DNA of 64,000 nt from Alphaproteobacteria bacterium. Its GTDB lineage: Bacteria; Pseudomonadota; Alphaproteobacteria; Rs-D84. A model generated the notes under the pieces. The model worked only from the letters and a program-made list of their open reading frames with translations. It was not told where the DNA came from and did not search any database. Where the stretch lies: positions 37,602 through 101,601 of the forward strand of contig JAVBPX010000003.1 in the NCBI GenBank assembly GCA_031549365.1, written 5' to 3'. The translations under genes and the position numbers were made by a program. Every line of letters begins with the position of its first letter. Positions within the stretch are counted from its first letter, which is position 1. Positions 44,332 to 54,634 of this stretch are shown here, one piece after another.

Positions 44332-46674
44332 TTATGGTTTTGTTTTTGCTGGTGGACATGGGTCGTATGATACCACACACATTCCCAAATCTGGATTTGG
44401 CATACATTTTGCATCGGACGATTGACCAGATGCGAACGGCATTACGCATGCGTTTTTAATTACTTCGCCTGTTCCCAACTTTTTAACGGTTGCTGCCGCA
44501 CAGTTCGATGCCTGTAACGAACATGCGGTTTGCCATTCAGCATACGTTTGAACATTCGTTGTCGTTGTTTTGCCATCTGTTGGTCCCAATTTCAAAGCCC
44601 ATTTGATATAGTAATCTTTTAACTTTGGAATTGAATACGATTTGTTCAATGCAACACGTTCCAAATCATCCCCAACGCGACAGTTAATTTGCTTTCCTTC
44701 GACGAACGCGGAAATCGCAGTTACAACACCACCGGCCCCGGCACCAATACCTGTACCAATCGCGGCCCCGGCCAAGTGATTTTTACCACCCGATGTTTCT
44801 CCTGAATCATTTATTGAATCCCTTAATGATTTAATTTCTTCGATTTCTTTCTCAAGAGAGCTTTTTTCAATGCAATCCTGCGAAACGGCATTACATGTTG
44901 CAGATTCAATAATTTTGATATTTTTTAAACTATGGAATTTTATTGAACTATCAGAGTTACTTTCCTCCTCGTTTTCTAAAGCCTGGGATGCGGCCGCAGC
45001 TTTAACATCTGAAACTTCTGTTCCTTTGATAACCCAAATAGAGGTTTGATTTGCTGGTAATTCAGAAACACTAAAGCTTCCGTCTGCATTTTTCTGCATT
45101 TGTTTCCAAACGTTTGTGTCTTTAACTTTTTCTGGCAAGAATGCAGAATCTGTAAGAACGTTAATATTTGGGTCGGATATTGCGTACCAAACACTCGTCA
45201 ATTTATCCGACGCAACAACCGTTGCGAAACCGCCTGTCACAGGAACACCCAGAACGTAATTATAAGTCAGTCTGGCTCCTGTTGAAGTGCTTCCGGATTT
45301 TTTAGCGCCCGAAGCTGTTTTCTTTTTTGCAATCAGATCAGTGCCAATTGCTGTTTCTGCGTTAACAAGTCTTTTTCCAAACAGATTTAAAATATTTTGG
45401 CAATCTTTTTCTGATAATGTTGCTTTGTTTTTTATATTCACATTATACCTTTGTAATAAATCCCAACCGTTATCAGAGTTACTGATCGCGGTCGCTAGGT
45501 CATCACGCTCACTTTTATTTAAACAATTCAATGTGTTTAGATCGATCCCTTTGGTTGCGCCTGTATTTTTACCAATAATGGCACCTGTGATTCCGCCAAC
45601 AATAGCACCACTACCGATTCCATACAATGCAACACCCTTGGTTGTTGTGCGCAATGCGAAATCAAACAAATCTTTGTTACATTTGAATGAATCACCGGCT
45701 GGGACCCATGCCTCGGCATCCTTGCCCGTGCCGGCAAATCGGGCCCATTTGTCATCAATGATTTTATCGCCATTGTACGCAGCAACACGAACGTAACATT
45801 TTGCAACCTTGGCATCCCAACGCGCATAATATCCACGATCATATTCATTGTTTGGCGTCAAACCCAATGATGATGTTTTTTGATCTTGGGCTGCTTGGTT
45901 ATTAAATGGCTTAATTTGATCTTGGTATTCACCCATTACTTGGTCGCCAGCAACACCCGCAAATGATTTACCGTATGTGTTTTTATCCAACAACATACAT
46001 GTATTTTCCGCCTGATCCGGGGTTAACCCAGTTTCACGCATTACAAACGAATAATATTCTGGCTGAATTACGCGACGATTAAAATCAGCCCATACAGTTT
46101 TTGAATCTTTGTAAAATGTTGTTTTGCCATCCGATGTTTTAACATCCGAAATACATTTATCAACAACGTTTTGGCACAATGCAACGCGATCAATGTCGTT
46201 ACCCAACATGATTGCTTCGCGAATTTTTGGATCAAACATATCACGAATGCCGTCCGCAAAAGCGCCTGCAACACAGCTGGACAATGATGACATACATTGA
46301 TCAATATTTGTTAAACCATCGTTATCAGTTCCGCCGTTATTGTTTCCGTTATTTCCGTTATTGTTCGGCGTAACACCCGTTACAACGGACCCAGTATTAA
46401 TTGTTTGGTTTGCATTAACGTTTGTGTTAACACCACTGACCGGTTTTGTTCCAGGTATTGACGAAGACACAGTCAACACGCCACGAGCATTACCAACATT
46501 ACCACGAACGCCCGCACGACCAACATTTGCATTCGGAGTCGCCGAAGTGTATATGCGTGCATTTCCAGATGGCTGTGTTTGAACATCCACACCCTCTTGG
46601 TAATACAGGGCAGCCACCGCACCGGACATTACGGATGCCAGTAACAAGTTTGCTGCAAGCAGTTTTTTAAACAT
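44332..46674 (-). CDS. Secreted Cys-containing protein with two glycine-zipper segments
   Basis: AAGGAG RBS, signal peptide, Asn/Gly linker, GSGAIVGGITGAIIG and LAGAAIGTGIGAGAGG. Confidence 0.88.
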   Translation of the reverse strand: MFKKLLAANLLLASVMSGAVAALYYQEGVDVQTQPSGNARIYTSATPNANVGRAGVRGNVGNARGVLTVSSSIPGTKPVSGVNTNVNANQTINTGSVVTGVTPNNNGNNGNNNGGTDNDGLTNIDQCMSSLSSCVAGAFADGIRDMFDPKIREAIMLGNDIDRVALCQNVVDKCISDVKTSDGKTTFYKDSKTVWADFNRRVIQPEYYSFVMRETGLTPDQAENTCMLLDKNTYGKSFAGVAGDQVMGEYQDQIKPFNNQAAQDQKTSSLGLTPNNEYDRGYYARWDAKVAKCYVRVAAYNGDKIIDDKWARFAGTGKDAEAWVPAGDSFKCNKDLFDFALRTTTKGVALYGIGSGAIVGGITGAIIGKNTGATKGIDLNTLNCLNKSERDDLATAISNSDNGWDLLQRYNVNIKNKATLSEKDCQNILNLFGKRLVNAETAIGTDLIAKKKTASGAKKSGSTSTGARLTYNYVLGVPVTGGFATVVASDKLTSVWYAISDPNINVLTDSAFLPEKVKDTNVWKQMQKNADGSFSVSELPANQTSIWVIKGTEVSDVKAAAASQALENEEESNSDSSIKFHSLKNIKIIESATCNAVSQDCIEKSSLEKEIEEIKSLRDSINDSGETSGGKNHLAGAAIGTGIGAGAGGVVTAISAFVEGKQINCRVGDDLERVALNKSYSIPKLKDYYIKWALKLGPTDGKTTTTNVQTYAEWQTACSLQASNCAAATVKKLGTGEVIKNACVMPFASGQSSDAKCMPNPDLGMCVVSYDPCPPAKTKP

Positions 46675-46753
46675 AATCGACTCCTTTCCTTTCGATATCG
46701 TTTTATATTATACCATTTTATACACATACACGCAAATATTTTTTTACATTAAA

Positions 46754-47320
46754 TTACTTTGCTGTTATTGTGTTCCTCTGATTATTCATTTGATCGCGCG
46801 ACGAAATGTATTCGTCACGCAAAGTTTGAAATTTATTCGTTGTATTTGGTGTAACAAATTGTTTTCCGCCCGTTGCCAAAACCGATCCCGTAGATGTTGC
46901 GCATTGCCAAGAATTTACATATGCGTCCATTTCGGCATCCTCTTTGTCGGTTGCACGATTTTTGGCGACAGTCGTCCCGATTGCCAAACCGGCCGCCCCG
47001 CCCCCGGCGGTTCCGATTGCCATTGCATTTTTTTCCTTTTTACCCTCTTCCGATTTTAAATATTCGGTACGATCAGATAATTTTTCGCGCCCATCGTTTA
47101 CCCATGCACCAACAGCTGTGTCCGAAAATGATTTTTTATTTGAAGAAGCCGCAGGCGTTGTTGTGGAAGGGGTCGAGGAAACGGCGTTCCCCGAGGCAGA
47201 GTTTGCCCCTCCGGATAAGCCATAGTTGCTATAAGAAAAATCTTCATACGGACCCGCAGCAAAAGCCGCGCCCATTAAAATCGCCATCACTAAAATTGTT
47301 GATAATAATATTTTATTCAT
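46754..47320 (-). CDS. Secreted protein with glycine zipper
   Basis: Signal peptide, Ser/Thr linker, AIGTAGGGAAGLAIG, C-terminal coiled coil. Confidence 0.8.
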   Translation of the reverse strand: MNKILLSTILVMAILMGAAFAAGPYEDFSYSNYGLSGGANSASGNAVSSTPSTTTPAASSNKKSFSDTAVGAWVNDGREKLSDRTEYLKSEEGKKEKNAMAIGTAGGGAAGLAIGTTVAKNRATDKEDAEMDAYVNSWQCATSTGSVLATGGKQFVTPNTTNKFQTLRDEYISSRDQMNNQRNTITAK

Positions 47321-47334
47321 TTATTCACCCAATT

Positions 47335-48510
47335 TTACTTTTTATTTTGTTCTGTTTCTTTTGCTGCGGCGTCTTTGTCAGCTTTTTCTTTTGCAGCCGC
47401 TGCTGCGGTTTCGGCTGTATTAAAGTTTGCCCCCCCACCAATAAATTTGCCGGCCAATGCCCCAACGCCCATACCAACACCGGAACCCAACAATGCACCT
47501 GTTGCAGATTTTTGGTCAATCGTCCTCTGAGATGCGACATTTTTATATGTGGACACATCAACACCAAATGTTTTTTCATCACACATCAATCCAATACCTG
47601 CATCAAAACGTTTGGATGCAGCGTTAACTCGGCTGCCAGTTTTTGGATCCAATACTGAAAAATTAATTGAAAATACACATTTTAAATTATCTCGATCAAA
47701 TAATGCCCCAATCGATAAACATTCGGTTTCCATTTGTTTTTCCAATTCATTCATTCGAAACTCTAACGATGCCGCGGATCTTTCAACATTCATACGTAAC
47801 GACGACAACAATTGCGTATGACGTGTCGCAATTCCCGAATCAATTGATTCACATTCATTAATAATTGATGAACACGATGAATTAACCAACATATTTCCAT
47901 CGGCCCCTGTCAAACAATTTTGCAATCCAGCGCCACATGTATTAATTAAACATTGTCCCATTTTATCGCCACAATCCAAAATACGATTTGCACGATTAAT
48001 TTTTTTGGCCGCCGCCCAATCATCATTAATCGATGTTGATACAGTCGATGTTTCGTCGAATCCGCAACCGGATGATGTTAAACAAGCGCGCAATTTATCC
48101 CCAAATATTGTTTGCGATAGTGTTTCACATTTTTCATAATTTGTTCCACATTCAAGCTTAATACATGTATCCACAGAATCATAACACACGGAAAAATCAG
48201 ACGATGTTATCGCATCACCGGATGAATCCGTTTTACGTTCGCCCCGAGCGGCACGAATTGTGTCGGACACCGATGGCGCGGCAATTGATATATCGTTTAC
48301 GCTTTCGAATGCAACATCAAATTTATTTTCAACTGTTTCGGACACGGTTTCAATCGTTGATTTTCGTTCAATTGGCGCACGTGCGGTTGATACTGCGCGC
48401 ACACCAGATGTTGGCGCAACAGATACACGACCACGTGTTATGGGTTCGGCTGCGAATGATGTCGCAACAAATCCAAAAATCATCAAAGATGTAATTATGA
48501 TTTTTTTCAT
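47335..48510 (-). CDS. Secreted Cys-rich protein with C-terminal glycine zipper
   Basis: Signal peptide; CYDSVDTCIKLECG, CGDKMGQCLINTCG; GALLGSGVGMGVGALAG. Confidence 0.85.
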   Translation of the reverse strand: MKKIIITSLMIFGFVATSFAAEPITRGRVSVAPTSGVRAVSTARAPIERKSTIETVSETVENKFDVAFESVNDISIAAPSVSDTIRAARGERKTDSSGDAITSSDFSVCYDSVDTCIKLECGTNYEKCETLSQTIFGDKLRACLTSSGCGFDETSTVSTSINDDWAAAKKINRANRILDCGDKMGQCLINTCGAGLQNCLTGADGNMLVNSSCSSIINECESIDSGIATRHTQLLSSLRMNVERSAASLEFRMNELEKQMETECLSIGALFDRDNLKCVFSINFSVLDPKTGSRVNAASKRFDAGIGLMCDEKTFGVDVSTYKNVASQRTIDQKSATGALLGSGVGMGVGALAGKFIGGGANFNTAETAAAAAKEKADKDAAAKETEQNKK

Positions 48511-49380
48511 TTATTTAATCCCCTGACACGCTATGGTTACATATGCACACATTTGTTTGGCCAAATTTATTTGCTGATTTGTTTTACAATTTTTTGTTTT
48601 GTCTGTTTGAATCGCAGCACAATAAAATCCAACACATTCATCCATGCGCGTTGAACACGCGGCTGTAATCACATCAATTTTTTGTTGACGCGTGGCGGAG
48701 GCTGATTCGGATTTTGATTTAATTTCGGACGCGCGCGCAACACCAAATTCATTCATTGATGTTTTCATATTTGCGGCAACTGCCGTTCCATGATCCGAAC
48801 AATCGGTCGATATTAAACAGGATGATAAACTGGACGAATATTTTGATGAATCCCGCTGGCATGAGATTAATCCCGAACCACATTTTGTCGGTTCCGACAT
48901 ACATGATTTAACACGCGATATACATTGGGATTCGGTTGTTGTTGATTTTCTGGCCGATAATTTTTTTTCAGATTCTTTGGCTTCCGCCGCCGCAGTACAA
49001 GATTTTGAAATCAAATCATCATACAATGAATTTGCATCGACGGCTTTGCATGAACTAACACGTTTAACACATTCATCAATTGCCCATTTATATCGTGCAG
49101 CCGGATCGGATGGAGCATTTGTAACATCCAAATTCAAACTGGTCTTTTTCCCAATTGATAAACTTTGGAACACTGGCGCATCGCCATAAATTTTTGATTC
49201 CGATTTTGCGGATACGGCGGACGTGGATCCACATAATTTGCAACGAACCGATGGATCAAAATCAATACCGATTGCACACGCCGAATCCAAACATTGCTGT
49301 AACGATTTTGTATCGCAAGCGGCATTCACCGCCATCGGCGTTAAAATTAATGCTATAAAAATTGCAAATCCATGTTTCAT
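48511..49380 (-). CDS. Secreted Cys-rich protein (divergent family core)
   Basis: Signal peptide; QQCLDSAC...RCKLC, YDDLISKSC, CISRVKSCM...CG. Confidence 0.85.
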   Translation of the reverse strand: MKHGFAIFIALILTPMAVNAACDTKSLQQCLDSACAIGIDFDPSVRCKLCGSTSAVSAKSESKIYGDAPVFQSLSIGKKTSLNLDVTNAPSDPAARYKWAIDECVKRVSSCKAVDANSLYDDLISKSCTAAAEAKESEKKLSARKSTTTESQCISRVKSCMSEPTKCGSGLISCQRDSSKYSSSLSSCLISTDCSDHGTAVAANMKTSMNEFGVARASEIKSKSESASATRQQKIDVITAACSTRMDECVGFYCAAIQTDKTKNCKTNQQINLAKQMCAYVTIACQGIK

Positions 49381-49382
49381 TT

Positions 49383-51998
49383 TTATAAACTAACTTCCTT
49401 GCATGTATTAACTTCGGAATTCCAATCTTTACATTGTGGACAGTTACTTCCCATACAAATCGATTTCTTTTTGGCACAAGTTTTATCCTTGGTACAAATT
49501 TTACATGTATTGCTGGATTCATTAAATGTTGCTTCGATCGAAGTTTTATGATTCCAGCTATCGTTTGTAACACCTTTGGATGCTGCTGCACAGGCGGTAC
49601 GAGCCCTATTTTTTTCGACTGCATCGGCTTCGGCCTTTTGTTTGGCCAAATATTCGGCAGACGCGTAACAATATACACCCGACCAATCGGCACGTGGCGA
49701 CCAACCCGGCATAACCATTGCTGCGGAATTTTGTGTCTCGGAATAAACACCGCCGACATCATCGCATGCCTTTTTCGCATCAGACTTGTAATTAACCAAA
49801 CATTTTCCCCATGATGTATGTGCGGTCCAATTTGCAACCAATTTCTCAGTGGACGTTGACACAACAGACATCGTCGCATTGGATAATGTATCATTGTTGG
49901 CCGCCGCGGCATGTGCGGAAGACATAACAAAATCCGACAAACCGTTAATAATGCGCGCGAACATATTATTTGAATGATCCACCATTGGCAAAACCATTGC
50001 TGTTAATGTTGTCGCCGGCTTCCAAATTCCATCAACTTCTTTGCACTTTGCAGACAATGTTTTATCCATTGTTGATTGGATTTCGTCCATTGCGATGTCA
50101 ATCGCGGTTGCATTACCATCCGATCCGCAAACCGCCGCAGCACGCGTTTCACATGTTGCGCGCAATGTTGCCTTGTCCGTTGGCTGACATAATGTATAAG
50201 GAGACGCACCGCAAACCTCGGCAAAGCATTCTTTGACTTTTTCCGTGCAACCGGCGGCAACCTTGGAATCCAAAACTTCGGCTGTGAAATCGTCCAAAAC
50301 GTCGGCCTCTGATCCCGTCAATCCATAAACTTGGGAACAAGTTTTGATTGTATCCGCACAAATTGCTTTAGTTGTTACTTTGGTATTGCTGCTGAATAAA
50401 ATTTGCGAATCTGAATCAAATGCATTCAAATCATTTTCAGTATTTTTATGACAATCCGCAATTGTTTTAATACAAGTATTGCGCACTTGACTAATTAAAT
50501 CATTTTGTGCTTGGACAATTTGGACCAGGGATTGGTCAATAAATTCAGTCCAAACCGCGTCTTGGATATTTTGACATTTATCCAATGTCGATTGAACCAT
50601 CGGACGCTTTTGATTTAAAAATTCAACAAAGTTTGCATTTGATGAAACGGATGACAATTTATCGCTGCCATTTGCTGGGAATGTCAATAATTTGTTTAAA
50701 TCATTAAAACCAGGTCCGAATATATAATTACCCGTACTGGCGTTTACATATTTACCAGTATTATCCAAACATTTTTTATAATTTTTATCACAAACAACAG
50801 GGTCCAACATATGGCTCTTTAAATCGGACAAACAAGCGATAAAGTCCGCAGAATTTTTTGCATTATAATCTTCCAGTCGGGCTTCGGATAACAATTGTCC
50901 GCCTTCTTGAACTTTTTTCAGTATTGCTGATTTTTGTGCATCATAAGCTTTGGCCACAGCAACGCAATCCTGTTCAATTGCCATTGAATATGCATTGGTT
51001 ACCATTTGTAAATTTTGCGTGGAACAGGATGATGCGGCCAATTGTTGACACTGCGAATGAATGTTATTATATAATGCTTCGCCATCCAATGACGATAATG
51101 TTTTATCAGCCGACACATTTGACGCACCCATAAAATTCGACACATCATTAAACGCAGCATCCCAATCAACCGACAAATCAATTGGGTTTCCCAAACCATT
51201 TGTTGTGGTCGCACGACGACGAATGGCGGTTGCGCCGCCCAACTCGGAACGCACAGCCTGTAAATCGGCCCGGGCGTCGGATACGTCATCGGTCATTGCG
51301 CCCTCGCCCTCGGTCGCGGTATTCATATAACGCACTTGGGCGGATGTTAAATTAACATTTGATAAACGCGTATTAAACTCTTCCAGACTGGCGGTGGCTT
51401 GCTTGATTTTTTGTTCTTCGGCTGCGAATTCTGACGAACGCGCTGAACATGAACAACGGCGCCAATTTGAATTTTTTATGGTACAGAATTCATCCATACA
51501 CGCATAATAAACATTTTTACAATTTTCATAATCCACACCCAATGAAACTGTTCCAACGGATCCGGTTACAGCGGCGCGACCAACATTTGTTGCGGCACGT
51601 GCCGATGTTGATGGCGTTGCCGAACGTGCAGATGATGATTGAATTACATTTGATCCAACAACATTTGTTCCCGAACGGGCTGCTGTTGCGCGAGGTGCTG
51701 TGGAACCGGTTGGCATTGCGGAACGAGCCGCTGTTGCGCGAGGCGCGGCGGAACGAACGGATGTTGAAGGTGTTGCCGAACGTGCGGATGTTGCGCGGGT
51801 ATCGTTCGATGTTGACGTGGCACCACGGGCGGCGTTTGTGGAACGAACAGCAACCGGCGCAACATTTGATGTCGTTGCGGCGCGCGCGGATGTTACGTTT
51901 GTATCGGTTGGAGTTATTCGACCACGAACCGCAACATCATCGGCATGAACCGAAGACATCAACATTAATCCAATCAAAATCCCAAATATTTTCTTCAT
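49383..51998 (-). CDS. Secreted Cys-rich family protein with ARSA linker
   Basis: Signal peptide, (S/A)AR(S/A)A repeats, CKNVYYACMDEFC-x9-CSCS, C-terminal CKIC module. Confidence 0.9.
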   Translation of the reverse strand: MKKIFGILIGLMLMSSVHADDVAVRGRITPTDTNVTSARAATTSNVAPVAVRSTNAARGATSTSNDTRATSARSATPSTSVRSAAPRATAARSAMPTGSTAPRATAARSGTNVVGSNVIQSSSARSATPSTSARAATNVGRAAVTGSVGTVSLGVDYENCKNVYYACMDEFCTIKNSNWRRCSCSARSSEFAAEEQKIKQATASLEEFNTRLSNVNLTSAQVRYMNTATEGEGAMTDDVSDARADLQAVRSELGGATAIRRRATTTNGLGNPIDLSVDWDAAFNDVSNFMGASNVSADKTLSSLDGEALYNNIHSQCQQLAASSCSTQNLQMVTNAYSMAIEQDCVAVAKAYDAQKSAILKKVQEGGQLLSEARLEDYNAKNSADFIACLSDLKSHMLDPVVCDKNYKKCLDNTGKYVNASTGNYIFGPGFNDLNKLLTFPANGSDKLSSVSSNANFVEFLNQKRPMVQSTLDKCQNIQDAVWTEFIDQSLVQIVQAQNDLISQVRNTCIKTIADCHKNTENDLNAFDSDSQILFSSNTKVTTKAICADTIKTCSQVYGLTGSEADVLDDFTAEVLDSKVAAGCTEKVKECFAEVCGASPYTLCQPTDKATLRATCETRAAAVCGSDGNATAIDIAMDEIQSTMDKTLSAKCKEVDGIWKPATTLTAMVLPMVDHSNNMFARIINGLSDFVMSSAHAAAANNDTLSNATMSVVSTSTEKLVANWTAHTSWGKCLVNYKSDAKKACDDVGGVYSETQNSAAMVMPGWSPRADWSGVYCYASAEYLAKQKAEADAVEKNRARTACAAASKGVTNDSWNHKTSIEATFNESSNTCKICTKDKTCAKKKSICMGSNCPQCKDWNSEVNTCKEVSL

Positions 51999-52013
51999 AA
52001 TTTTATCCTCGCC

Positions 52014-54617
52014 CTATTCTGTAACATCTGCAACAATACTCTTGCCCATTTGAATATCTGTGCAACTTTCGGATTGATCAGACCATTTTTTGCAATACTT
52101 TTTACCAAACAACGGATTTTTTGGTTTTGAACAATTTTGTTTGATCGTACATTTTTTACAAACCTTGGTATCACGAATAAATGTAGTTGTAACTGTTTCT
52201 TTGTAATTCCATTGTTCGATTTTATTGCCAGACGAAGAACCTTGGGTTGTAGTATATTTTATATTGGCATTACCTTTGCTATAAAAGAATGCCGCGAACC
52301 TGTTTATGAATCCCTTGCGTTTGAAACCGACATTTCTGTCTTGAACGGTTGATGGAGTCAACATTGATTGATACTTTAATTCTTCACAAATTGCTTCCGC
52401 AGAATCCAAACTTTCGTTCGTTGCGCTGGACGCCAATAATTCGTCCAATTTTTTGTTGTAATTATCTTTGGCGGCACGTAATGCGTATTCGGCAATAATG
52501 CGCCCTTTTTGATTTAATAAATTTGGGAAACGCCCGTTGCCCGCAGATTGTAATTGGGTCCCAGATACACTACGCCCATTTACACAAGCATCAACTTTTG
52601 GATCCGACGAAATTGTTTTAATTGATGAATCAATTGTTGATTGAATTGTCCTTAACTCTGTATCAATTTTTGCTTTGACCATGGTCCATCCTTCGGCGCC
52701 GCCGTTTATTTCTTCGGCATTACTTAAATATTCCTTGATATTTATTGATCCGTCATCATTAATTTCCACAGAATCCCATGTTATTAATCCCGAAATCATA
52801 TAACCATCCTCGCGATTGGACATGGACAGTGATCCAGCACCGATATAAGCGTCAGAGATCAATCCATTACATGTTTCCGTATCACCAGAACAAACCCGAG
52901 CCATAGATTCATCAACCAATTTTTGACATTGATCCAATGTTTTGTTTTCAATCCCCAGGAACAATCCTTGGATTAAATCTTCCACTTGGGCAACGGATTT
53001 TTTCTGACCATTTTCTTGACATGCAACCAATGATGCGGTTGGACATAATTTTACGATATTTTCAGTATCCAACCCGATACAGTTTGCGTAATCTGGACCA
53101 CATTTGTCTTCGCTGATTAAACAAGATTTTACGTTATCAAAACAAGCATCAACACGCATCGCTGCCAATCTGGATTTTACAAATGTGAAAATTTGTGGAA
53201 TTCTTTCTTCGCATGGCGCGATTTCAGCGGTACAAAAACTGCGAGCCATCGATGGATTTGTTAAACACGCATCAATTGTTGTTTTGCCTGCTAAATCATC
53301 CTGACATGCGTTTTTAATACAAGTTGAAATGTTTTTCAAACATGATTGAGTTAAATTGTTTTCGGCGGATATTGCGGCAGAAACGATTGCCGGTTTTACT
53401 TCGATTAAAAAATCATTCCAAACTGTGTCGGACGGAATTGCAACGCAATGTTCCCAAACGCCTTCGCATATATATTTTTTTGATTCCAAAATCGCAATCG
53501 AATTCGGATTTTCCATATCTGCACAATTTGCGAAATCGGATCCACAACCACCACGCGCCGGATCAGCCATACATGTTTTATATTCCAACATACATTCGCC
53601 GCGGTTGAATTTATTCGCATCTTCGAATGACGCCAATAATGCGTCACGTTGTGCAGATTCCGCAGCCAATAATTTTTTATTCGCATCTGTTGCACGATCG
53701 TCCAAATACGTTTTGTACGCACGACAATCAGATGTAATTTGTTGTTGATACAATGTAACCAACATATTTAATTCGGATTCGCAACCGGCCATTTGTTGAT
53801 AACAAATATTTGCAGTTTCGCTGTATAAATTTGCCCCAGTTGCGGTCGCAACTGTTGAAAAAGAATCCGATTTATTGTTCGCCCATGCATCATCATAATT
53901 TGTATCCAAAATGGATAAATCCAATGATTTTTTTGCCGATTTTTTTGAATCATCCGCATATGTTTTTTGGCCTGTGAATACGTATTCAGCCTTGGCCCCC
54001 AATTGAATTTTTTCAACACCAACTGTACCCATTTCAACTGCTTTTTCTTCGATACCCTTGATTGTTAACAATATATCGTCATAATTTTTTTTCTCGGCCG
54101 AACAAACACAACGTGCACCATTTTCATTATCCAGCATACAGAATTGATCCATACATGAAAAATATCTGGTGCGGCATGATTCAGAAACCAAACTGGACGT
54201 TGTTGCCGCCGTTGTTGCAACCGTTGAATTTGTGGATGTTGTAACAATTTGATTACGTACGGACGCAGTCCCGACACGACCGGCGGACGGCGTTGCAGCA
54301 CGCGCGGATGTTGATTGTGTTGTTGTGGCCGTTGACGGTGTTGCCGAACGCGCAACCGCAGAGCGTACGGGCGCAGCCGATGATGCCGTAGCCGTTGCCG
54401 TTGGTGTTGCCGACCTGACCGATGTTGCGGGCATTCCAGAACGAGCAACAACCGGCATTGATGAACGTGCGGCGACCGGTGTTGCCGATCTGGCCGATGT
54501 TGTTGCAACGGATGTTGATGATGCTGTTGCTGCGGCACGTGATGAACGTGGCGCATCGGCCGCGTTAACCGCCGCCGAAATCATTATACCAACCAAGATT
54601 AAAAATACTTTTTTCAT
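52014..54617 (-). CDS. Secreted Cys-rich family protein with ARSA linker
   Basis: Start MKKVFL at 54617 behind GGGG; CRTRYFSCMDQFC-x9-CVCS; C-terminal CKKC module. Confidence 0.9.
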   Translation of the reverse strand: MKKVFLILVGIMISAAVNAADAPRSSRAAATASSTSVATTSARSATPVAARSSMPVVARSGMPATSVRSATPTATATASSAAPVRSAVARSATPSTATTTQSTSARAATPSAGRVGTASVRNQIVTTSTNSTVATTAATTSSLVSESCRTRYFSCMDQFCMLDNENGARCVCSAEKKNYDDILLTIKGIEEKAVEMGTVGVEKIQLGAKAEYVFTGQKTYADDSKKSAKKSLDLSILDTNYDDAWANNKSDSFSTVATATGANLYSETANICYQQMAGCESELNMLVTLYQQQITSDCRAYKTYLDDRATDANKKLLAAESAQRDALLASFEDANKFNRGECMLEYKTCMADPARGGCGSDFANCADMENPNSIAILESKKYICEGVWEHCVAIPSDTVWNDFLIEVKPAIVSAAISAENNLTQSCLKNISTCIKNACQDDLAGKTTIDACLTNPSMARSFCTAEIAPCEERIPQIFTFVKSRLAAMRVDACFDNVKSCLISEDKCGPDYANCIGLDTENIVKLCPTASLVACQENGQKKSVAQVEDLIQGLFLGIENKTLDQCQKLVDESMARVCSGDTETCNGLISDAYIGAGSLSMSNREDGYMISGLITWDSVEINDDGSINIKEYLSNAEEINGGAEGWTMVKAKIDTELRTIQSTIDSSIKTISSDPKVDACVNGRSVSGTQLQSAGNGRFPNLLNQKGRIIAEYALRAAKDNYNKKLDELLASSATNESLDSAEAICEELKYQSMLTPSTVQDRNVGFKRKGFINRFAAFFYSKGNANIKYTTTQGSSSGNKIEQWNYKETVTTTFIRDTKVCKKCTIKQNCSKPKNPLFGKKYCKKWSDQSESCTDIQMGKSIVADVTE

Positions 54618-54634
54618 TTTGATCCCCGTTATCC